Origin: an uncultured Desulfospira sp.
Lineage (GTDB): Bacteria; Desulfobacterota; Desulfobacteria; Desulfobacterales; Desulfobacteraceae
Direction: 5' to 3'
Assembly: GCA_963663165.1 (NCBI GenBank)
Contig: OY760175.1
Location: forward strand, 2,208,001-2,272,000
DNA: 64,000 nt
Both the position numbers and the translations under genes were made by a program. A model generated the notes under the pieces. The model was not told the DNA's origin and did no database searches. It saw only the letters and a program-made list of their open reading frames with translations. Shown piece by piece: positions 59,601 through 64,000 of this stretch; the stretch's first letter is position 1; each line of letters begins with the position of its first letter.

Positions 59601-61184
59601 GGTGATCACCACCCCGACCGGACTGGTGACCAGGATATCCTTGAGCCGTTTCTGCTCCTGGGCCACGGCCTCCTCCATTTTGATCCGTTCGGTCACGTCG
59701 CTCATGACCGCCACAAATATGGGGGACCCGTTGACGATGTCGGTGTTCAGGGCCACTTCCATAAAAAAACGGGAGCCGTCTTTTCTTAATGCCGGAACCA
59801 CGGTCTGTTTACCGATGATCTTGGCAATGCCGGCCTCAAGGTAGCTGGAAAGGTACTGGTCATGTTCGCGGGTGTATGGTTCGGGCATCAGCCGCTTAAT
59901 GCTTTTCCCAATAATTTCTTCTCTGGTGTAGCCAAATATCTCCTGGGCTGCCGGGCTGAACTCATCGATACGCCCCTTGGCATCAATCACAATGATGCCG
60001 TTAAACGCCGTATCAATAATACCGCGCAGGTAGGCTGTCCGCGCTTCAACCTTGTCTTCGAGTTCTTTTTTGGCCTTTTCCAGTTCCTGCTGGGTCCGTT
60101 CCACCTCAGAGATGTCTATAAAAGTTTCCAGTAAAAGCTGTCTGTCCCCCTGGGTAATAAAAGAAGCCGACTTCATGATGGGCAGGATTGAGCCGTCTTT
60201 GAGCAGCAGTTTGCGCTTGGACATATCCTTGGACTGGTCCAGATCGAGAATGGGGCAATGGTCAACCTCCGAGGGGCATGTCAGCCGGTGGCAGACATGC
60301 CCCACCACCTCCTGTTTGGAATATCCGGTAAGCGCCTCGGCAAATTGATTGATATCGACAATGGTCCGGGTTTCCGGGTCGATCAGTAAAATCCCCGCGT
60401 CTATCGAGTTAAACAGCTGCCTGAGAAACTGTTCATTTTTACTCACGGCCTTGGATGTGGTGATGAGGGCCTGTTTTGACTGGTCAATGCGCTCCAGCAT
60501 GCGGTTGATGCAAACCGATAGATCATGGATTTCATCTTTTCCTTTGATAAAGATGGGAGGTGCTTTATTTTCAAGATTTTCACGCTGGGAGATCTGATCC
60601 ATGAGCGAATCCAGCGGCTCCAGAATTTTTTTATTGAGGATGACATAGCCCAACAGGCTGACCAGTAAAATGGCAAGGGTAACCGCTGTAAAAAAGGAAT
60701 TGGTGATATGTTCCCCCCGCCGGGAAAAAACCCGGTCTGTGGAAACCTTTATCAGGGCCAGGGGGGTGTTCTTTGTGTCCAGGAGGACCCCAAACCCCTC
60801 TGACGTGTTCTGGTCTCCGGGGAAAACAACCGTCTGGTCTTCAAACGCCATGGCCCTGGCCAATGTATCTGTGTTGTCCTTTAAGGGAACCAGGCTGATA
60901 TCTGACCCCAGTAAAGCGGACATTTCATCAAGTGCCGCCTGGGATACAAACCGGGAAAACCCATATGAATCATCCCCGTTGGTCCAATCGATTAAAAGCG
61001 TGTCCAGGTCTGTCAGCTTCACATGCAGCATCCGTCTGGCAGCGTTCACCAGCGATCGGGTATGACCGTCCTCAAGTTCCTGGAACCCTTTTTTGACAAT
61101 GAATTCCGATGCCGCCAGCTGAAACAGAATAAAAAAAGAAATGACCAGACAAATAGCCCATATGGAAAAATTACGAAGCTTCAC
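56691..61184 (-). CDS. Hybrid sensor histidine kinase (truncated CHASE4-like, HAMP, 4 PAS, HisKA/HATPase, 2 REC, Hpt)
   Basis: FLANMSHEIRTPMN, NNAVKFT, DTGIG, GLGL, MDCQMPVMDG, AHTLK; GTG start. Confidence 0.95.
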   Translation of the reverse strand: MKLRNFSIWAICLVISFFILFQLAASEFIVKKGFQELEDGHTRSLVNAARRMLHVKLTDLDTLLIDWTNGDDSYGFSRFVSQAALDEMSALLGSDISLVPLKDNTDTLARAMAFEDQTVVFPGDQNTSEGFGVLLDTKNTPLALIKVSTDRVFSRRGEHITNSFFTAVTLAILLVSLLGYVILNKKILEPLDSLMDQISQRENLENKAPPIFIKGKDEIHDLSVCINRMLERIDQSKQALITTSKAVSKNEQFLRQLFNSIDAGILLIDPETRTIVDINQFAEALTGYSKQEVVGHVCHRLTCPSEVDHCPILDLDQSKDMSKRKLLLKDGSILPIMKSASFITQGDRQLLLETFIDISEVERTQQELEKAKKELEDKVEARTAYLRGIIDTAFNGIIVIDAKGRIDEFSPAAQEIFGYTREEIIGKSIKRLMPEPYTREHDQYLSSYLEAGIAKIIGKQTVVPALRKDGSRFFMEVALNTDIVNGSPIFVAVMSDVTERIKMEEAVAQEQKRLKDILVTSPVGVVITVDGTVKFSNPSMIQMGFEPGRKSFDTYVDPESRDRLVKVLDKEGMALNFETQFRGRDGKVIDVLIFAHHYNYEGSQAILGWVIDITHRKAMENQIRESQARYQRLVEELGGRFVVFSHTKDGEILFMSEGASSVFGMNKEDALGKKWQDVINWLPGESERAVEAFRSFLENEKSSHEVEVSFIHADGSRRMALISEHAVLDSTGGLVSVEGIVEDITRRKEAQKDLAQAKEAAEEATRAKSDFLANMSHEIRTPMNAIIGLSYLALQGDLTEKQRGYIGKVHRSADYLLGLLNDILDFSKIEAGKLDMEHINFFLEDVFDHMANVVGLKAQEAGLELMFDLPCSLPTALVGDPLRLGQVLLNLGNNAVKFTPEGEVVISVRVLEESENTIAFQFAIRDTGIGMSPKQQEKLFLHFSQADTSITRKYGGAGLGLAISKRLTEMMDGRIWVESHPGTGSIFYFTAQFTKQPQAGLPDSQRMAADPFHLLVVDDNATARSIFSEMLSGFGFTVDLADSPESGFKLLENQDKNRPYDLAILDWAFPHTTGIDMARAMQANSDRVHAPKVILVSAYSDTNLLHKAKDVALIKDILSKPIMPSTLFDAIMLVKEGKIRTESRLMLRRDELDQTTSRLKTAKVLIVEDNVINQDVAADLLASHGIDYRIAGNGQVAIEMLDKESFDGVLMDCQMPVMDGYTATRRLREDPRFKDLPIIAMTANVMAGDREKSLEAGMNDHIGKPIRIQELFLAMDKWIKPVIPVGSPVSPKVPEKLPDIPGIDTAAGLKTIQGNRELYLKLLQKFYAGYTDFEKDFKASLKDGDENSPTRCAHTLKTVAAHIGAHGVMEKAKILESACRKNQPEEQIASLFQALAQELSRVMAGLASFAVVPPSAQAPVDAPPDSSLPEQTVDAIQKLRQMIDESDIAALRVIQELQKMPGMEPYTQILDKANSALEDYDFDLAQQQIDRLAPDIS

Positions 61185-61232
61185 GATCCCCCTTGCCTTT
61201 AAGTTGCCCGCATTTTGTTTGAGATATCGCGG

Positions 61233-62261
61233 CTATTCCGGATCTGCATTTTGCCGGGACAGCTCGATTATTTCATCCAGGTGATCCACAAAGGCCGTCA
61301 CCAGGCCAGGGTCAAAATGCCGCCCAGACTCTTCCCGGATCACTGAAACCGCCTTTTCAAAGGGCCATGCTTCCTTATAAGGCCGTTTGCTGACCAGGGC
61401 GTCAAACACATCAGCCACGGCAACGATACGGCCCGCAAGCGGGATCTGATCTCCCTTGAGGCCCTGGGGGTAACCGGTGCCGTCCCATTTTTCGTGATGG
61501 GTCAACGCCACGGTCCGGGCCATATCTAAAAGCGGATAATCGTGTTCGCCGATGATCCGGGCCCCGATTTCCGAATGCTGTTCCATGATGGACCGCTCCC
61601 GGGCATCCAGCCGTCCGGGCTTTCGAAGGATGTTGTCCGGAATACCGATTTTCCCCACATCATGCATGGGGGAGGCACTTAAGATTAAATCCGCCACCTC
61701 CTTGCTCATCCCTATGGCCGTTGCAATGACCCGGCAATAATAGCTCATGCGAATGACGTGCATGCCGGTTTCGTTGTCTTTGTATTCTGCGGCCAGGCCC
61801 AACCGGCGGATAATTTCAAGCCGGCTTTGATTCAGGGCCTTTGTCCGCTCATTAACCAGGTCCTCCAGGGCCCTGTTCTGATCGTACAATTTCAAATGCG
61901 TCCTCACCCTTGCCTGAACCACCGGCGCACTCACAGGCTTTGTAATATAATCCACGGCGCCCAGCTCAAACCCCCGTGTCTCGTCGGTTTCTTCGTCCAT
62001 TGCCGTCACAAATATAACCGGAATGTGTTTGGTATGAAGATCCCGCTTAAGGCGCGTGCAAACCGCATAACCATCCATTTCAGGCATCATGATGTCGAGC
62101 AAAATAAGGTCCGGCCTGAAACGGGATGCGATTTCCAGGGCCTTAGCCCCGTTGTTCGCCGCCTTCACTTTATAGTCGGCCAGGATATCCGACAAAATAG
62201 TGATGTTATCCGGCGTATCGTCAACAATAAGGATGGTTGGTTTATCGGCGCCGTTGGTCAT
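61233..62261 (-). CDS. Response regulator with HD-GYP output (RpfG-like)
   Basis: ILIVDD, LLDIMMP, HDVGK, HHEKWDGTGYP. Confidence 0.95.
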   Translation of the reverse strand: MTNGADKPTILIVDDTPDNITILSDILADYKVKAANNGAKALEIASRFRPDLILLDIMMPEMDGYAVCTRLKRDLHTKHIPVIFVTAMDEETDETRGFELGAVDYITKPVSAPVVQARVRTHLKLYDQNRALEDLVNERTKALNQSRLEIIRRLGLAAEYKDNETGMHVIRMSYYCRVIATAIGMSKEVADLILSASPMHDVGKIGIPDNILRKPGRLDARERSIMEQHSEIGARIIGEHDYPLLDMARTVALTHHEKWDGTGYPQGLKGDQIPLAGRIVAVADVFDALVSKRPYKEAWPFEKAVSVIREESGRHFDPGLVTAFVDHLDEIIELSRQNADPE

Positions 62262-62476
62262 AGCTCTTTCTCCAGTTAACCTATAAAAAACTGCCCTTAA
62301 ATTCTCTTAAGATGGCCCATCACAACTTGAAATGATGTCATATCATACCACATCCGCCCATCGCATCCACAGCAAATTTCAGGAAGGGTGATATTTAACC
62401 CCGGATATCTCGCAAAATTTTTCACCCCAAAATACAGGCCGGACTTTTGAGTCTGTTGGATGGCGATATCCCCAGG

Positions 62477-64000
62477 CTATCCCTCAAGATGATCTTCCAG
62501 GGGCGGGTCAATGCCTTTATCCCTGGCTTCCTGGGACAGGGTTTCCACCCGGGCTTTTTCCTTTAAGGCCTTTTTCCGGGCGGTGAGGACCTGCTGGTTG
62601 ATGGCGTTAATGAGTTTTTGGGCGTCAGGGTCGATTGGGCCTGAATGTTCATTAATGGCAGCCAGCTTTTCCTTTGCCGCATCAGCGGTTTTGGCGGCCC
62701 TTTTCTGGGCTGTGGCAGCCCTTGATACGGCGTGTTCAAGCTCGTCATAGACCGCCGCAAGCTCGCCTGCCGGGCCTTCTTCCGGGGCCGCATCCAGGTC
62801 TACCGGAATGGCGGCCATGGCCATGACGGTGAAGGAAAGCCGGTTTAAAATGTCCTGAGGGGCAAACCGGGAAAGAATCAGGCAGGCGTCATCTTTTAAA
62901 GTAAAAGGCAGGAACACCATGTCGGCATCCTTTGATTTTGACACAAGGGTGTCGGAATCCAGGCCAAGGACAATGGACGGGGCCGCGTCAATCCGGTAGT
63001 CTTCCAGAATGTCTGAAAGCTCTTTTTGAAGTTCTGAATTTTCCCGGTCATAATTCACCGCCAGCAGGTTGATCCGGGCCGATTCCGCGGGTTTGCCCCG
63101 GGTTGAAAGGTATGCCAGCAACAGCAGCAGGCGGCTTGAGTCATCGTTGTTCCACCAGACGTCAATCCGCTGGATTTTTTGGTCTGAATCCGGTCCCGGC
63201 AGGGCCTTTGAAGCACCATTGACCAGCAGGGTATTGCACTTGGCCTGGGCGGCGGATTTTATAAAGGCTTTATCGATTTTTTCCATCTCCTGCCAGTCAA
63301 ACACCACGGTATTGGCCTTGACCGGGCCTAAGCCGTAAGACTGGAAAAGGGTGTCCATGGCGGTTTCGCTGTCCATGGTGGACAGGCAAAGGGCAAAGGC
63401 CTGAAGCTGCTGGTCGAGAATTTCTTTTTTAAGCTGCTCAAGGGCGCTTTGCCGCAGCTTCATGGCCCGAGCACCTTTGGCCCGGACCAGCCGGACAGCC
63501 GTTGTGATGCCCGAGCCGCCTTCAATAAGGGTTGAAAACCGAAGCAGTCCGGGAAAACTTTCCGGCAAATGAGAAAATGTCAAAATATAAGGCCGCCATT
63601 CCCTGGGATGTTCCATGTCCCGGGAGGCCTGAATCAGGCCGGAACGGACCTGTTGAAGAAAGTGGGAGCGCTTGCTGTCGGCCCAGCGGTCAGGCCCTTT
63701 GACCTGTTTAAGATATTGGTAGACTGAAAGGAGAATGGCGGCGGCGGCAATCCCGGTTTTAATATCAATGGACAGCATGACCCCAAGGCAGGCCAGGAAC
63801 CCGGCCATGCTCACATACCGGGAATACCATTTGAACCGGGGCCTGAACGAGGGGCTCTGTGCAGAAGCCTCATAGTACGTGGCATAGTTGAGCAGGCCAT
63901 AGGAGAGCAAAAAGAACATGGACACAATGCCGGCAATCAGGTCCAGCTGCCCCAGGGAAATCACGGCCAGGGCCAGAATAAAAGAAAACAGGACTGCCCG
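62477..64000 (-). CDS. Cation-chloride cotransporter (SLC12-like amino acid permease), C-terminal part
   Basis: SMFFL.SY...N, SPSFRP.F, WRP.IL, G.G..K.NT, IDVWW; open to the window edge. Confidence 0.85.
   Translation of the reverse strand, partial: RAVLFSFILALAVISLGQLDLIAGIVSMFFLLSYGLLNYATYYEASAQSPSFRPRFKWYSRYVSMAGFLACLGVMLSIDIKTGIAAAAILLSVYQYLKQVKGPDRWADSKRSHFLQQVRSGLIQASRDMEHPREWRPYILTFSHLPESFPGLLRFSTLIEGGSGITTAVRLVRAKGARAMKLRQSALEQLKKEILDQQLQAFALCLSTMDSETAMDTLFQSYGLGPVKANTVVFDWQEMEKIDKAFIKSAAQAKCNTLLVNGASKALPGPDSDQKIQRIDVWWNNDDSSRLLLLLAYLSTRGKPAESARINLLAVNYDRENSELQKELSDILEDYRIDAAPSIVLGLDSDTLVSKSKDADMVFLPFTLKDDACLILSRFAPQDILNRLSFTVMAMAAIPVDLDAAPEEGPAGELAAVYDELEHAVSRAATAQKRAAKTADAAKEKLAAINEHSGPIDPDAQKLINAINQQVLTARKKALKEKARVETLSQEARDKGIDPPLEDHLEG

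Overview
Chromosomal window from an anaerobic deltaproteobacterium. Gene content and repeat style suggest Desulfobacteraceae (Desulfobacter/Desulfospira-like); this is an inference. Most of it is housekeeping: tolQRAB, groES-groEL, hflKC, dciA, tRNA-Ser(GGA), arfB, a pst operon in the order C-A-S-B, rlmD, cinA, trpEGDCF, HD-GYP proteins, a TonB/ABC metal-chelate uptake operon and a hybrid histidine kinase/response regulator pair. No CRISPR, rRNA, prophage or intact transposase was seen. Highlights: (1) a ~9 kb, three-operon Ser/Thr phospho-signalling module (26663-35852) encoding a membrane kinase, a PP2C phosphatase, a paralogous membrane sensor, a Cys-rich possible pseudokinase with repeated acidic T-x-x-I/L motifs, a TagH-C-like protein and two LysM lipoproteins; (2) a riboswitch-like structured leader with terminator upstream of the TonB/ABC operon that matches no class I recognise; (3) three small ORFs missed by the ORF track (bS22-like, a sigma54/IHF-driven 59-aa protein, a Trp attenuator leader peptide); (4) several intergenic MITE/REP-like repeat families, some with compensatory base changes between copies. 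All protein assignments are from motif recognition by eye, not database searches.
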